A stretch of DNA of 64,000 nt from Kiloniellales bacterium (GTDB lineage Bacteria > Pseudomonadota > Alphaproteobacteria > Kiloniellales > JAKSDN01). A program made the position numbers and the translations under genes. Below, piece after piece: positions 1 to 12,000 of this stretch. The notes beneath the pieces were generated by a model that had not been told where the DNA came from, ran no database searches, and saw only the letters and a list, made by a program, of their open reading frames with translations. Position 1 is the first letter of the stretch, and every line of letters starts with the position of its first letter. The stretch lies in contig JBFJPL010000005.1 in the NCBI GenBank assembly GCA_041617155.1, forward strand, positions 2,564-66,563. The letters run 5' to 3'.

Positions 1-338
1 TGGATTTTACCGATTACCGCACCATGATTGAGGACACGCGGCTGAAGACGCGCCTCACGGAGTTCCGTGAGGCCGACGGCCGCCTGGTCGCCGCCTGTTT
101 GACCGACTGGCTGGAGGACGGTCCGTCCGCGGTCTACAGTTTCTTCGCCCCGGATCTGGCCGGGCGCAGCCTCGGCACCTTCATGGTGCTCTGGCTGATC
201 GAGGCGGCCCGTCGGCGCGACCTGCCGCACGTCTATCTCGGCTACTGGATCGCCGCATCGACCAAGATGGCTTACAAGGCGCGGTTTCATCCGGTCGAGG
301 GGCTTGGCGCCGACGGTTGGCAGTTGCTCGCCGAATAG
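1..338 (+). CDS. bpt: Bpt/ATE-family aminoacyl-tRNA--protein transferase, C-terminal part (5-prime end outside window)
   Basis: ORF 24..338 stays open to the window edge. Motifs AVYSFFAPD, LGTFMVLWLIEAARRRDLPHVYLGYWI and KMAYKARF resemble the ATE_C domain of bacterial leucyl/arginyl transferases (from memory, no search run). Confidence 0.7.
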   Translation, partial: DFTDYRTMIEDTRLKTRLTEFREADGRLVAACLTDWLEDGPSAVYSFFAPDLAGRSLGTFMVLWLIEAARRRDLPHVYLGYWIAASTKMAYKARFHPVEGLGADGWQLLAE

Positions 339-515
339 GCGATACGAGCTACGACCGATCCAACCAAAGGCTACTGCTTTGGCCTCGCGCGCGTTGTTCA
401 GGTTGCGCAACGGCAGGAAGCTTCCTATTCTCGGCGCAATCGAGATTCTCGGATTGGCGCCACGGCACCGCCGCGATAGATCGAAACAAACAGGCGACTA
501 GGGGAGGTAAGTTTT

Positions 516-1667
516 ATGAAGAGCCGTGAAGTTGCGAAATCTGCGACGCCGTCCAGTAAACTGGAACGTCGCGATTTCCTGAAGAAAGCCACTTTCTCGA
601 CAGCGGCGGTGGCTGCGGTCGCTGTATCGAGTTTCCCCAAGCCAGCGATTTCGCAGGGCCTGATGAAGTGGCGCATGGGCACCACCTGGCCGAAGAACTT
701 TCCCGGTCTGGGTGTCGGCGCGAACCGGCTGGCGGAATTTATCGGCAAAGCGTCCGGCGGCAGGCTGACGGTCGAGGTCTACGGCGCCGGCGAGATCGTG
801 CCGGCCTTCGAGACCATGGACGCGGTCTCCAGCGGCACGCTGGAGATGGGCCACGGCGCGCCCTACTACTGGAAAGGCAAGGTTCCGGCGACCCAGTTTA
901 TCGCCTCGGTGCCCTTCGGCATGAATGTCATGGAGCAGAACGCTTGGGTCCAGCAGGGCGGCGGCCAGGCGCTGGCCGACAAGGTCTATGCCCAACTCGG
1001 CTGCAAGTTCTTCGCCTCGGGCAACACCGGGGTGCAGGCCGGCGGTTGGTTCAACAAGGAGATCAATTCGCTGGAGGACTACAAGGGCCTCAAGATGCGC
1101 ATCCCCGGCCTTGGTGGCGAAGTCGTCAAGGCGGCTGGCGGCAACGTGGTCAACCTGCCGGGCGGCGAGATACCGCCGGCCCTGCAGTCCGGCGCGATCG
1201 ACGCGACCGAGTGGGTCGGTCCCTACAACGATCTGGCCTTCGGCCTCTACAAGAGCGCCAAGTTCTACTACTACCCCGGTTGGCACGAGCCGGCCACGCT
1301 GCTCGACAACTTCATCAACCTGAAGGCCTGGAACAAGCTGGACGGGGAACTGCAGGCGATTGTCGAACAGGCCAACGCCTACACCAACCAGTCGGTCCTG
1401 AACGAGTTCGTCGCCAACAACAACGCGGCGCTCGAAACACTGCGCAAGAAACACGGCGTGGTGCTGAAGAAGTTCCCGGACGAGGTGCTGAACGGTCTTG
1501 GCGGACTGGCCGGCCAGGTCATCAGCGATCTGGCGGCACAAGACAGCCTGAGCCAGGAGGTGATGAGCTCGATCTTGAGTTTCCGCTCGCAGGCGATCGC
1601 CTACGCCGCATTCTCCGAGCAGGCCTTCTATAACGCCCGTTCCCTGCCCTTCAGGTACGCCCGCTAA
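516..1667 (+). CDS. TRAP transporter periplasmic solute-binding protein (DctP-type)
   Basis: 383-aa ORF whose ATG is preceded by AGGGGAGG. The N-terminus has a twin-arginine-like signal, RRDFLKKATFSTAAVAAVA. It is convergent with the TRAP permease genes. Confidence 0.85.
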   Translation: MKSREVAKSATPSSKLERRDFLKKATFSTAAVAAVAVSSFPKPAISQGLMKWRMGTTWPKNFPGLGVGANRLAEFIGKASGGRLTVEVYGAGEIVPAFETMDAVSSGTLEMGHGAPYYWKGKVPATQFIASVPFGMNVMEQNAWVQQGGGQALADKVYAQLGCKFFASGNTGVQAGGWFNKEINSLEDYKGLKMRIPGLGGEVVKAAGGNVVNLPGGEIPPALQSGAIDATEWVGPYNDLAFGLYKSAKFYYYPGWHEPATLLDNFINLKAWNKLDGELQAIVEQANAYTNQSVLNEFVANNNAALETLRKKHGVVLKKFPDEVLNGLGGLAGQVISDLAAQDSLSQEVMSSILSFRSQAIAYAAFSEQAFYNARSLPFRYAR

Positions 1668-1685
1668 GTTGCAGGCGTTCTTTCA

Positions 1686-1721
1686 GACGGACCGGCGGGG
1701 CTCACGCCTCGCCGGCCCGTC
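1686..1721. terminator. GC-rich hairpin in the convergent intergenic region (candidate bidirectional terminator)
   Basis: gacggaccggcg (1686-1697) pairs with cgccggcccgtc (1710-1721) with one mismatch and a 12-nt loop. It lies between the stops of two convergent genes. There is no clear U-tract. Confidence 0.3.
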
Positions 1722-1820
1722 CATCGCGATGCTCGCGGCGGCCGGTCAGCAAAAACAATTCGGGTAGCTGTTCGCATCCCGCGCCTCGTGTGCGGATATG
1801 GGATCTCCGACTTGTTGAAT

Positions 1821-3395
1821 TCAGCCGAACAAGACCGCGGGCAGCCACGTCGCCAGCGTGGGGAACAGGGCGATCAAGAACAGGCCGAGCACCTGGATCA
1901 GCACGAAGGGAACGATGCCGCGGTAGATATCCATCGTGGTGACGCCCGGCGGCGCCACGCCGCGCAGGTAGAAAAGCGCAAAGCCGAAGGGCGGCGTCAG
2001 GAAGGAGGTCTGCAGGTTGACCGCGATCATCACGCCGAGCCAAACCGGCGACATGTCCATCTGCAGCAGGATCGGTCCGACGATCGGCACGACGACAAAG
2101 ACGATCTCGATGAAGTCGAGGAAGAAGCCCATGACAAACATGACCGCCATGACCAGCAGCACCGCCCCGAACATGCCGCCCGGCATGCTGTTGAGTACGT
2201 CGGCCACGATCTCCTCACCGCCCAGCCCGCGGAACACCAAGGAGAATACCGATGCGCCCAGCAGGATCAGGAACACCATGGCGGAGATCTCCAAGGTGGA
2301 ACGCATGACCGGGACCAGAACGCCATAGCGGAAGACCCGGTCGAGACTGATCACCACGCCCCACAGCAACACCAGGCAACAGATGCCGGCAAGGACGGCC
2401 GCAACCAAATCGCCGGTCGGTATCACATCGCGTTGCATACGCAAGTCGAACAGGCCGCTCAGCAGGACCAGCGCCACGATCGCAAGACCCGAGAGGTAAA
2501 CCGGCCGGCGGGCCGAAGCGTCGAGCCGCTGCGCGGCCAGCAGCATCGCCCCGACCGACCCCACGGCCGCCGATTCCGTCGGTGTGGCGATGCCGAGCAG
2601 GATCGAGCCGAGCACCGCCAGGATCAGAATCGCGGGCGGCAGGAGCACATTCACCACGTGGGAGATCAACCGCTGGTCGCTCGGCAACTCCTCGAGCGGC
2701 GGACAGGCCTTCGGGCGAAGCAAGCCGACCAGCAGCACCCAAAGCATATAGAGCCCGACCAGCATCATGCCGGGCAGGAAAGCGCCGGCGAAAAGGTCGA
2801 CCACCGAGACCGGATCCGGCGCGAAGTTACCTTTGGCAAGCTGCGCCGTGGTGTTGGCGCCCTGCAGGATATCGCCCAGCAGAACCAGCACGATCGACGG
2901 CGGGATGATCTGGCCGAGCGTACCCGAGGCACAGATGATGCCGGTCGCCAGCGGTTTGTTGTAGCCGGCCTTGAGCATCGCCGGCAGGCTCAGCAGGCCC
3001 ATGGTGACCACGGTGGCGCCGACGATACCGGTCGAGGCGGCCAGCAGCATGCCGACGAAGATGACCGAAAGGCCCAGACCGCCGCGCAAGCGGCCGAACA
3101 GCAGCCCCATGGTCTGCAACAGCTCTTCGGCGATCTTCGAGCGTTCGAGCATCACGCCCATGAAAACGAAGAGCGGTACGGCGACCAGCAGCTCGTTCAC
3201 CATGACGCCGAAGTAGCGCGACGGCAGGCCGCCAAGAAAGTTCACGTCGAAGACGCCGAGCAGCCAACCGAGAAACGCGAATATCAAGCCGGACCCGGCC
3301 AGCGTGACGGCCACGGGATAACCGAGGATCAGCAGTCCGCAAGCGCCCGCGAACATGACGAGACTGAGAATTTCGCCGAGCACGGCCGGATCCAT
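1821..3395 (-). CDS. TRAP transporter large permease (DctM family)
   Basis: 524-aa polytopic membrane ORF. Its start lies 4 nt downstream of the DctQ-like stop. Composition and length are typical of large TRAP permeases. Confidence 0.85.
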   Translation of the reverse strand: MDPAVLGEILSLVMFAGACGLLILGYPVAVTLAGSGLIFAFLGWLLGVFDVNFLGGLPSRYFGVMVNELLVAVPLFVFMGVMLERSKIAEELLQTMGLLFGRLRGGLGLSVIFVGMLLAASTGIVGATVVTMGLLSLPAMLKAGYNKPLATGIICASGTLGQIIPPSIVLVLLGDILQGANTTAQLAKGNFAPDPVSVVDLFAGAFLPGMMLVGLYMLWVLLVGLLRPKACPPLEELPSDQRLISHVVNVLLPPAILILAVLGSILLGIATPTESAAVGSVGAMLLAAQRLDASARRPVYLSGLAIVALVLLSGLFDLRMQRDVIPTGDLVAAVLAGICCLVLLWGVVISLDRVFRYGVLVPVMRSTLEISAMVFLILLGASVFSLVFRGLGGEEIVADVLNSMPGGMFGAVLLVMAVMFVMGFFLDFIEIVFVVVPIVGPILLQMDMSPVWLGVMIAVNLQTSFLTPPFGFALFYLRGVAPPGVTTMDIYRGIVPFVLIQVLGLFLIALFPTLATWLPAVLFG

Positions 3396-3398
3396 GAC

Positions 3399-3944
3399 CT
3401 ACAGCCCCTCGAGTTCTTCTTCGACCGGCCGGAAGCCCGCGACACCGGCCAGCGAAAGAATGCTGCGCCCGGCGAGCGCCAAGCCCTGCAGCCCGAGCAG
3501 GATGCAGAAGGCCAGGATCACCGTCTTGAGCAGAAAGAGCCCGGGCAAACCGCCGGCCTCGCGCGACTCCTCGAACTTCAGCCAGGATGCGACGACGTAG
3601 TTGAAACTGACCAGGAAGACCACCGTCACCATCGGCAGCAGCAGAACGAAGGAACCGAAGATGTCGATGATCGCCTTATAGCGGGGGCTTGCGGTGCGAT
3701 AGATGATGTCGACCCGGACATGGCCGTTGTGCAGCAAAGTATAGCCGGAGCCCAACATGAACACGATGCCGTGCAGCCAAACGTAGGACTCCTGCATCCA
3801 GACCCAGCCGATGGCGTATATGTAGCGTAGGACCACCACCGCGAAGGTGATCAGCACCATGGCGAGCGTCAGCCAGGCAATGCCGCGACCAATGGCATCG
3901 TTCAAGCGGTCGATCAGTCGCACGAAGGCAGCCAGTGCGGCCAC
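3399..3944 (-). CDS. TRAP transporter small permease (DctQ family)
   Basis: 181-aa ORF with four hydrophobic segments, immediately upstream of the large permease on the same strand. Confidence 0.8.
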   Translation of the reverse strand: MAALAAFVRLIDRLNDAIGRGIAWLTLAMVLITFAVVVLRYIYAIGWVWMQESYVWLHGIVFMLGSGYTLLHNGHVRVDIIYRTASPRYKAIIDIFGSFVLLLPMVTVVFLVSFNYVVASWLKFEESREAGGLPGLFLLKTVILAFCILLGLQGLALAGRSILSLAGVAGFRPVEEELEGL

Positions 3945-3988
3945 GCGCTCTCCCCCTGACTAGGATCCGCCCCCCGGGGAACCCGACA

Positions 3989-4603
3989 CTAGCTTTGCGG
4001 CGGCTTGGCGACGCGCCAAATCAACGGCAGTATCGCCGCCGCCAGCGCCAGCTTGGTCAAGTCACCGAGAATGAAGGGAAAGAGCCCCCACTCGAGTATC
4101 GGCTTGTCCCAACCGAACAGCGCGCCTAACCAAAGCAGCCCCGGCACATAGATCAGCGCGTTGCCGATCAGCATGGCGAGCGCCGTGGCCCCGACATTGC
4201 GGTCCCAGCCGCGCTCGGCCAGCCAGCCGCAAACCACCACCGCGGGTAAGTAGCCCAGAAGGTAGCCGCCGGTACTACCAAGCATATAGGCCAAGCCGAT
4301 GCCCTTTTCCGGCGTACCGGCAAAGACCGGCAGCCCGAGTGCGCCCTGGGCGAGGTAGAGCAGGACGGTCAGACCGGCGAGCCGCCAACCGTAGGCCATG
4401 CCCAGACCGAGAACCACGAAGGTCTGCATGGTCATCGGCACGGGATAGAAAGGCACTTGGATCTTGGCCGATAGCCAGATCGCCGCGCTGCCGATCAACA
4501 CAAGCAGGAACTGGCGGATCGCGCGCGTACCCAAGGACGCGCCCTGGTCCGCAGGCCAAAGCGCCGTTGTCAAGGTTGGCTTCGTGACGATCACCGAGAA
4601 CAC
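3989..4603 (-). CDS. bioY: Biotin transporter BioY (ECF S-component type, solitary)
   Basis: 204-aa membrane ORF. VPFYPVPMTMQTFVVLLGL-like and GGYLLGY segments are typical of BioY. No bioMN genes are adjacent. Confidence 0.85.
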   Translation of the reverse strand: MFSVIVTKPTLTTALWPADQGASLGTRAIRQFLLVLIGSAAIWLSAKIQVPFYPVPMTMQTFVVLGLGMAYGWRLAGLTVLLYLAQGALGLPVFAGTPEKGIGLAYMLGSTGGYLLGYLPAVVVCGWLAERGWDRNVGATALAMLIGNALIYVPGLLWLGALFGWDKPILEWGLFPFILGDLTKLALAAAILPLIWRVAKPPQS

Positions 4604-4718
4604 AGTGCCTTTCTCCCTTGTCTTAGCCTAGCGCGAACGCGTCCACGGCCGCATTCCGATCTCTCGCCGCAATTGAATACGGCAAGCGGCGCGACCTGCC
4701 AAGCCAAATTGGCAAAAC

Positions 4719-5171
4719 TCAGCGGCCGCGCAGGTAGCGGCTCTCGAGAATCTGGTCCTTGCGTGGCCCCAAGACCTGCCAGTCGACATGCCACTCGTTG
4801 AAACCCACGACTAGAAACTGGCCCCGGTAGCTATCGGCGCCGCACTGGTGCTCGACCTCGCAGATCCCGCTCGACAGGTCCAGCGCGTGGAATCGGCTAC
4901 CATCGTCGAAAAAAATTTCGGCACAGTGCAGCGCCGGAAAGTTATAGCGATAGACTCGGCTGGCCTTGAAGGCCCCGTGGCGAAGCCGCAAGACACCGTT
5001 TTCACGATAGACCAGTCCGTCACCCTCGGCTTGGAACATCGCCTCGCCTTCGAGCGTGCCCTGCGCGCCGGCACGCCGGTCGCGCAGTTTCCGCGTCACC
5101 AGCCAAGTGCCTTCGAGGAAGGCCCTGAGATCTTCGACGCCGCGCGCCGTTTTGACAAACGCCGTGGACAC
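4719..5171 (-). CDS. Conserved hypothetical protein (tentatively DUF6314-like)
   Basis: 150-aa ORF with normal composition and no better competing frame. The family assignment is from memory only. Confidence 0.5.
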   Translation of the reverse strand: MSTAFVKTARGVEDLRAFLEGTWLVTRKLRDRRAGAQGTLEGEAMFQAEGDGLVYRENGVLRLRHGAFKASRVYRYNFPALHCAEIFFDDGSRFHALDLSSGICEVEHQCGADSYRGQFLVVGFNEWHVDWQVLGPRKDQILESRYLRGR

Positions 5172-5292
5172 GATGCAATAGACCAGTCCCGTGAACGGCC
5201 ACCAGGGGCCTGCCCGAACCTTAGCTCAGTCCGGTAGCCGCCGCCATGGCACGGCGCATGACCGTGTCGCGGCCGTTTGCTGATGGCTGCGT

Positions 5293-7527
5293 TCAGCGTA
5301 GCTTGTGCGGCCTGGGGAAGCCCTTGGGCGGCAGGCGTCCGGCCTGCGCGCGCTTGCCGACCCAGGCGGTCAGATCGGTCTCGGTCCGCGTGCGCCCGCC
5401 GGCGGTGACCCAGCTCAGCCCGTCCGCCAGGTTGAAGGTATTGACCGAAAGCAGGCCGCCATCCTTGTACTTCTGCATGATCACGCCGCGCCCGCGGGTC
5501 ATTTCAGGCAACTCTTCCAGGGGAAAGATCAGCAGCTTGTTGTTCTGGCCGATCACCGCCACGCTGTCGCCCGCGGCCGGCGTGCAGGCCGCCGCTTCCT
5601 CGCCGTCCGCCAGGTTGAGCACCTGCTTTCCGTTCTTGGTTTGAGCGACCACCTCGTCCTCGGGCACGATGAAACCGCGGCCGGCGCTGGAGGCGATGAT
5701 CAGCTTGCGTCCCGGCTGATAGACGAAAAGCCCAACGATGTCTTGATCGTTGGGCAGATCGATCATCAGGCGCACCGGTTCGCCGAAGCCGCGTCCACCC
5801 GGCAGCTTGTCGATGCCGATGGTAAAGAAGCGGCCGTTGGTCGCGAATATCAGCAGCTTGTCCGTGGTCATGGCGTGCTCGGCGAAGCGGCCGCGGTCGC
5901 CTTCCTTGTACTTGGCGTCGGAGTTCTCTTCCTGATGGCCCTTCATGGCGCGGATCCAGCCCTTGGCGGAACAGAGCACGGTGACCGGTTCGCGCTCGAC
6001 CACGGCCTCCAAAGGCACCACGACATCGGCCGGTGCGTCGCCGATCTCGGTGCGCCGCAGGCCGAGTTCCGTATCAGGTCCAAAGCGCTTCCGGATCTCG
6101 CCGATCTGCGCGGCGATCACGCCCCAGCGCCGGTCCTCGTCTTGCATCAGCTTCTCGAGGTCCGCGCTCTCCGCCGACAACTCCTTGTGTTCCTTGCGAA
6201 TGCCCTCTTCCTCAAGTTTTCGCAAGGCGCGGAGACGCATGTTGAGGATGGCTTCGGCCTGGCCGTCGGTCAGGTCGAAGGCCTTGATCAGGACCGGCTT
6301 GGGATGATCCTGGCTGCGGATGATCTTGATTACCTTATCCAGATTCAGATAAGCGACCAGATAACCGTCCAGAACCTCGAGCCGCTTGGCAATCTGCTCC
6401 AAGCGGTAGCGGGTGCGGCGCAGCAACACCTCGTGCCGGTGGTCGAGAAAGGCCTGCAGAACCTCCTTCAGGCTCATGACCCGAGGCGTCTGGTCGGCGT
6501 CCAGCACATTCATGTTGAGGCTGACCCGCGTCTCCAGATCGGTCTGCCGGAACAGCGACTCCATCAGGACGACCGGATCGACGTTGCGGCTCTTGGGCTC
6601 GATGACCAGGCGAATTTCCGCCGCCGACTCGTCGCGCACGTCGTTCAGCATGGCTAGTTTGCGGGCCGCCAAAAGCTCGGCGATCTTTTCCACCAGGCGG
6701 GACTTCTGGACCTGGTAGGGGATCTCCGTGACCACGACCAGAAAGCCGCCACCCTTGAGCTTTTCGGTGTGCCAGCGGGCGCGAATACGGAACGCGCCGC
6801 GGCCGGTCTTGTAGGCCTCGATGACCTGTTCCCGGCCCTCGACCAGCACACCTCCGGTCGGGAAGTCCGGACCCGGCACCAGCTCGACCAGTTTGGCCAT
6901 GGTCGCCTTGGGAAACTTGATCAAATGGATCAGTGCATTGCACAGCTCTGCCAGGTTATGCGGCGGGATTGCGCTGGCCATGCCGACGGCGATGCCGTGT
7001 GCGCCATTGGCCAGCAGGTTCGGCAAGCTGGCCGGCAACAATAATGGCTCTTCATCCTCGCCGGTGTAGGTCGGACGGAAGTCGACAGTGTCCTCGTCGA
7101 TGCCGTCGAGCAGCAGAGTGGCAACCTCGGTTAGGCGCGACTCGGTGTAGCGCATGGCCGCCGCGTTGTCGCCGTCGACGTTGCCGAAGTTGCCCTGGCC
7201 ATCGACCAGGGGATAGCGCAGCGAAAATTCCTGGGCCAGACGCACCAAAGCGTCGTAGATCGCCTGGTCGCCGTGGGGATGATATTTGCCCATCACATCG
7301 CCGACCACGCGGGCCGACTTCTTGAAGCCCTGGTCGGGATTGAGCCGCAATTGGCGCATGGCGTAGAGCAGGCGCCGGTGAACCGGCTTCAACCCATCGC
7401 GGACGTCCGGCAGCGAGCGCGCCATAATGGTCGAGAGCGCATAGGTCAGGTATCGCTCCTCCAAGGCATCGGAGAAACGAACCGTCCTGATCTCGCCGCC
7501 TGGCTCGTCCGTCGTCGATGAGCTCAT
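5293..7527 (-). CDS. parC: DNA topoisomerase IV subunit A
   Basis: 744 aa. It has YHPHGD and the AAMRYTE active-site Tyr motif, and a C-terminal beta-pinwheel region. The length fits ParC rather than GyrA. Confidence 0.9.
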   Translation of the reverse strand: MSSSTTDEPGGEIRTVRFSDALEERYLTYALSTIMARSLPDVRDGLKPVHRRLLYAMRQLRLNPDQGFKKSARVVGDVMGKYHPHGDQAIYDALVRLAQEFSLRYPLVDGQGNFGNVDGDNAAAMRYTESRLTEVATLLLDGIDEDTVDFRPTYTGEDEEPLLLPASLPNLLANGAHGIAVGMASAIPPHNLAELCNALIHLIKFPKATMAKLVELVPGPDFPTGGVLVEGREQVIEAYKTGRGAFRIRARWHTEKLKGGGFLVVVTEIPYQVQKSRLVEKIAELLAARKLAMLNDVRDESAAEIRLVIEPKSRNVDPVVLMESLFRQTDLETRVSLNMNVLDADQTPRVMSLKEVLQAFLDHRHEVLLRRTRYRLEQIAKRLEVLDGYLVAYLNLDKVIKIIRSQDHPKPVLIKAFDLTDGQAEAILNMRLRALRKLEEEGIRKEHKELSAESADLEKLMQDEDRRWGVIAAQIGEIRKRFGPDTELGLRRTEIGDAPADVVVPLEAVVEREPVTVLCSAKGWIRAMKGHQEENSDAKYKEGDRGRFAEHAMTTDKLLIFATNGRFFTIGIDKLPGGRGFGEPVRLMIDLPNDQDIVGLFVYQPGRKLIIASSAGRGFIVPEDEVVAQTKNGKQVLNLADGEEAAACTPAAGDSVAVIGQNNKLLIFPLEELPEMTRGRGVIMQKYKDGGLLSVNTFNLADGLSWVTAGGRTRTETDLTAWVGKRAQAGRLPPKGFPRPHKLR

Positions 7528-7654
7528 CGCACCCTCTTAGAGAACCGCGACATATAGTAGGTAACCCCACCTGGGTCCACAACAGATTGTCGGATACTGG
7601 CCGGCAGCGTGACGACTAATCCTTAAAGACAGGTTTCGCGAGCCGAAAAGAGCT

Positions 7655-8911
7655 TCAAAACCGGTCGACCCGGAAGGGCGCCATGTCGAGCCCCGGGTCC
7701 TTGCCGGCAACCAGATCGGCGATCAGGCGTCCGGTCCGCGCGCCCATGCCAAGGCCGCCATGGCCGTGACCGAAGGCGAAGAAAGCATTGGCATGGTGCG
7801 GCGAGGCCGAGATCACCGGCACCGAATCGGGCATTGAGGGACGGAAGCCCATCCAGCGGCTCGCCCCCTCGTCTGCGAGGCCCGGAAGCCAGCGCCGGGC
7901 GTGTCGCAGCAATACGTCGGCCCGGCGCCAATCGGGCGGCGCCTTCAAGCCGCCCAGCTCGACCGTGCCGGCCAGACGCAGCCCGTGTTCTAGCGGTGTA
8001 CAGACGAAGGCACGCTCGGTCGAATAGACCGGCAAGCGCGGCATGACTTCGGGCTCCGGCAGGTGAACGTGGTAGCCGCGCTCGGTGTCGAGCGGCGGCC
8101 GGCTGCCCAAACGGGCGGCAAGCGGCTTGGACCAGGCGCCAGCGGCTACCACCACCGCTCCGCATGCCCTTCGACCTTGATCGGTCAAGACCGCCCGGGG
8201 ACCCATGTCGCCAAACTCGAAATTTCGTGCTTCCTCGCGCCGCAAGGTGCCGCCATGGCGCTGGAAGGCTTCGGCCAGGACCTGGACCAGACGGAAGTTG
8301 TTCACCGTGTGGGCCACGTTCGGATAGAAGACGGCGCGCGGGAAGATCGGCGCCAGTGCCGGCTCCAGTTGGTGCAACTCCTCGGCACCCAGGACTTCGA
8401 TCGCCACGCCGCGCCGGCGTTGCAGATCGATCATCGGCACGGCGCGTTCATACCCGGCTTCGCTCTCGTAGACGCAGACCCAGCCGCTTCGCCTAAGCAT
8501 GTCCTGGGCGCCAGCCATCTCAATCAGCGGACCATAGGCTTCGATCGCGCCGTCGAGCAATCCGGCCAGCGCCCGGGACGCTTGCTCGACCCGCCGCGGC
8601 GAACTGGCTGCGACAAAGCGCAGAAGCCAGGGCGCAAGCCTTGGCAAATAGGACCAACGAAGCGCCAGCGGCCCCAATGGGTCGCGCAGCATGCCGGGTA
8701 CCTTCCAGAGGATGCCGGGTGTCTGCACCGGCACGACCGAATCGACGGCGAGCACCGATCCGTTGCCGAAAGAGGTGCCCTCCCCGGGTCCCCGACTATC
8801 GATCAAGGTAACCTGATGGCCATCGCGCAAGAGGCTGAGCGCACAGCAAACACCGACGATACCGGCGCCGATCACGATCACGTCTTTGCCAGTGGCAGAA
8901 ATTTCGCTCAT
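7655..8911 (-). CDS. FAD-dependent oxidoreductase, D-amino-acid dehydrogenase (DadA)-like
   Basis: The start is trimmed to ATG 8911 (MSEISATGKDVIVIGAGIVGV, Rossmann GxGxxG). The C-terminal HGHGGLGMG motif is typical of the DAO family. Confidence 0.8.
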   Translation of the reverse strand: MSEISATGKDVIVIGAGIVGVCCALSLLRDGHQVTLIDSRGPGEGTSFGNGSVLAVDSVVPVQTPGILWKVPGMLRDPLGPLALRWSYLPRLAPWLLRFVAASSPRRVEQASRALAGLLDGAIEAYGPLIEMAGAQDMLRRSGWVCVYESEAGYERAVPMIDLQRRRGVAIEVLGAEELHQLEPALAPIFPRAVFYPNVAHTVNNFRLVQVLAEAFQRHGGTLRREEARNFEFGDMGPRAVLTDQGRRACGAVVVAAGAWSKPLAARLGSRPPLDTERGYHVHLPEPEVMPRLPVYSTERAFVCTPLEHGLRLAGTVELGGLKAPPDWRRADVLLRHARRWLPGLADEGASRWMGFRPSMPDSVPVISASPHHANAFFAFGHGHGGLGMGARTGRLIADLVAGKDPGLDMAPFRVDRF

Positions 8912-9087
8912 GCAGCCTCCCCATAGCCCTAAAACTCCGCCGGGCATCCGCTGAAGGCAAGATACGCTGGTCCGCCAGGACGACACCAGCCCATCAAGCG
9001 GCCCACCCTCACCTGCCCCAGACTGGTCGTTTTAGTCCGGCAATCGGGAGTGCATGGTCTCGCCCGCAAGTTCCCGCTAAAGTCGGC

Positions 9088-12000
9088 ATGTCTTTCTGCC
9101 AAAGGAGCGATAGCGTGTCTACGGTCACATCGACGCCAGGAGCGTTATCCCGAATGAGCAAAAGAGAGCTCATCGGAAATGTGGAAGACCTGCAGCGCCG
9201 GGTACGGGATCTGGAACGCCAAGCCGCCGAACACCGGCAGGCCCAGGACGCGTTGCGCCAGCAGGCGCTAATTCTGGAACAGATGTCCGACGGCGTCATC
9301 GTGACGGACCTCGAGGGCCGGATCATCGACTGGAACCCAGCCGCCGAGAGGATGTTCGGCTATCGCAAGGACGAAGTCCTCGGCCGGACGCCGGCCTTCA
9401 TGCATCGGCCGGCCGAGGCCGCCAGGCTGACCGCGGAAATCGTCGAAGGCGTGGCGCGCAATGGACGTTGGTCCGGCGAAATCACCGTTACTTGCAAGGA
9501 CCTGACTGAGCGTGTCTGCGAAGTGATCGTCGTTGCCTTCCACAACGAACATGGCCAACGTGTCGCGACAATCGGCGTCAATCGCGATATCGGCGACCGA
9601 AAGCAGGTCGAAAAAGCCCTTCGCGAAGCGAACGAGTCGCTCAAGAAGGAAGTGGCGGAGCGGGAGCGGGCCGAGGAAGTGGCGGCACAGAGTCACACGC
9701 TTCTGACCGAGGCCGTTGAAGCCCTGTCGGACGGCTTCATCATCTCGGATGCCGACGAACGCTTGGTGCTCTGCAACAGCAAGTACCGCGAAATCTATCG
9801 CGAAGTTGCGCACATTCTAGTGCCGGGCACGCCCTTGAAGGAGATCGGCCGGGCAGTGGCCAAGCATTGCCTGGGGATCGAGTCGCCCGACGAGATCGAA
9901 GCCGTGGTTCAGCGACGATTGGCCCGGCTGCGCAGCCACAAAGGACCGCTCGAGCAGAAGCTGAAAGACGACCGCTGGATTTTGGTCAGCGAGTCACCGC
10001 TGGCCAACGGTTGGACCGTTGGCGTGCGCACTGACATCACTGAGCTCAAACGCCGGGAAGCCGCGCTCCAGGCGAGCGAGACGCAGTTTCGCGCCATGGC
10101 CGACGATTCCCCGGTCATATTCTGGATCAACGACATCGACGACCGACCGATTTTTCTCAACCGCACCGCACGCGAATTTCTGGGTCTATCGCACAAGGAG
10201 GCACTGGCCCGGGATTTCTACGATCTGGTACACCCCGAGGACCGAGAACGGGTCAGGATCCAGGACCGCCAGTGCGTAGAGCGGCGAGTGCCGCGCCGCT
10301 ACGAATACCGGATGCGCCGAAGCGATGGGGCATACCGATGGCTGCTGGAGGTTGGTGTACCGCGCCTGGCGCCTGACGGAACCTTTCTCGGCACCATCGG
10401 CTCGACCGTGGATATCACCGAGCAAAAGGAAGCGCTGGATGCTCAGCGTCAGAGCGAAGCACGGCTTATCGAAGCGATCGAGACGATGAACGACGGCTTC
10501 GTGTTTTTCGATTCCAATGAACGCCTGGTCGTGTGCAACTCAAAATACCGGGAAATGTACCGGAAAGTGGCCCACCTTATGGAGCCAGGCCGGAGCTTCG
10601 AGGAAATCATCCACGCCTATTCGCGCTGCGGCGAGGCTATCGCGGCCACCGGTCGGCGGGAGGACTGGGCGCGCGAACGGTTGGCCAGGTTCCGCAACCC
10701 GGCCGCCTCCTACGAGGCGCAAATCGGCAAGGACCGCTGGATCAGAGTCACCGACCGCAAGACGGAAGACGGCGGCACCGTTGGTCTGCGCACGGACATC
10801 ACGGAATTCAAGCAACGCCAGGAAGCGCTGCGCAGAAGCGAAGCGCGTCTGATCGAGGCTATCGAGGCCATGAACGACGGGTTCGTATTCTATGACGCCG
10901 ATGAGCGGCTGGCTATCTGCAACTCGAAGTACCGCGAGCTCTATCCGGAGGTTGCGCACCTCCTGGCACCCGGCGAAAGCTTCGAGACGATCATCCGGGC
11001 CTCCGCCGAATGCGGTGAGACCGCGGCCGCGCTTGAACAAGCGGACCTGTGGTTCGAGAACCGCCTGGCAAGGTTCCGCGATCCGACCGGATCCTACGAA
11101 GAGCACATGAAGGACGGTAGCTGGATCAGGGTCACGGACCGTCGCACCGAGGACGGCGGGACGGTCGGTCTGCGCACGGATATCACCGAACTCAAGCATC
11201 GCCAGGAAGCGTTGCGCCAGAGTGATGCCCGGTTTCGAGAGATTTTCGAGGAATCTCCAGTATCCTTGTGGGAAGAGGATTGGTCGCCACTGAAACAAAT
11301 GCTGGACAACCTCAAGCGACAAGGCGTTGAGGACTACGCCGGGTACTTCCGGGATAATCCGGAGCAATTCCGCCAGGCCTACGACGCATCGCACGTCGTC
11401 GACATCAGCCGGGAAACGCTCCGGGTCTACCGGGCCGGATCAAAAGCCGAACTTCTTGCCGTTTTGGGCAGCGTTCATGCGGACCCCGACGAAATGGCAG
11501 GCTTTGCCAAAACCGTCGAAGCTTTTGCCGCGGGCATGACGAGCCACGAATACGAGGCCGAGGAGATTGCCTGCGACGGCACGCAGATCGTCACCCGGAT
11601 CCGGACGGTCCTGCCGCCGCAAAACCGGGACAGCTGGTCTCGCGTCCTTATTACGATCGACGACATCACCGAGCAGAAACGTGACCAGCAGGCCCTGGCA
11701 CAAAGCGAGATCCGCTATCGCGACCTGTTTGACGAATCGCCCGTGGCCATGCTGGAAGAAGACTGGAGACCGGTCAAAGAGATTCTCGAGGACTTGGTCG
11801 CTCAAGGCGTATCGGACATCGCGGGCTATTTGCTCAGCCACCCGGACAAGTTGGGTCAAGTCTACGAGGCACCGCTCAGGTTCGGCATCAGCCGAGCCGC
11901 GGTCGAACTCTACCACGCAGCCAACGCGGACGAGCTTCGTGCCGCCATGACCCGCGATACCGCCGATCCCGACGAACTCACCGGCTATGCCAATATGGTT

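Noticed and set aside
1788-3830. 680-aa plus-strand ORF rich in H, R, D, Q and E.
   Set aside because: It is fully antisense to the TRAP large and small permease genes. Its biased low-complexity composition is the mirror of membrane-protein codons, and it shows no recognisable motifs.
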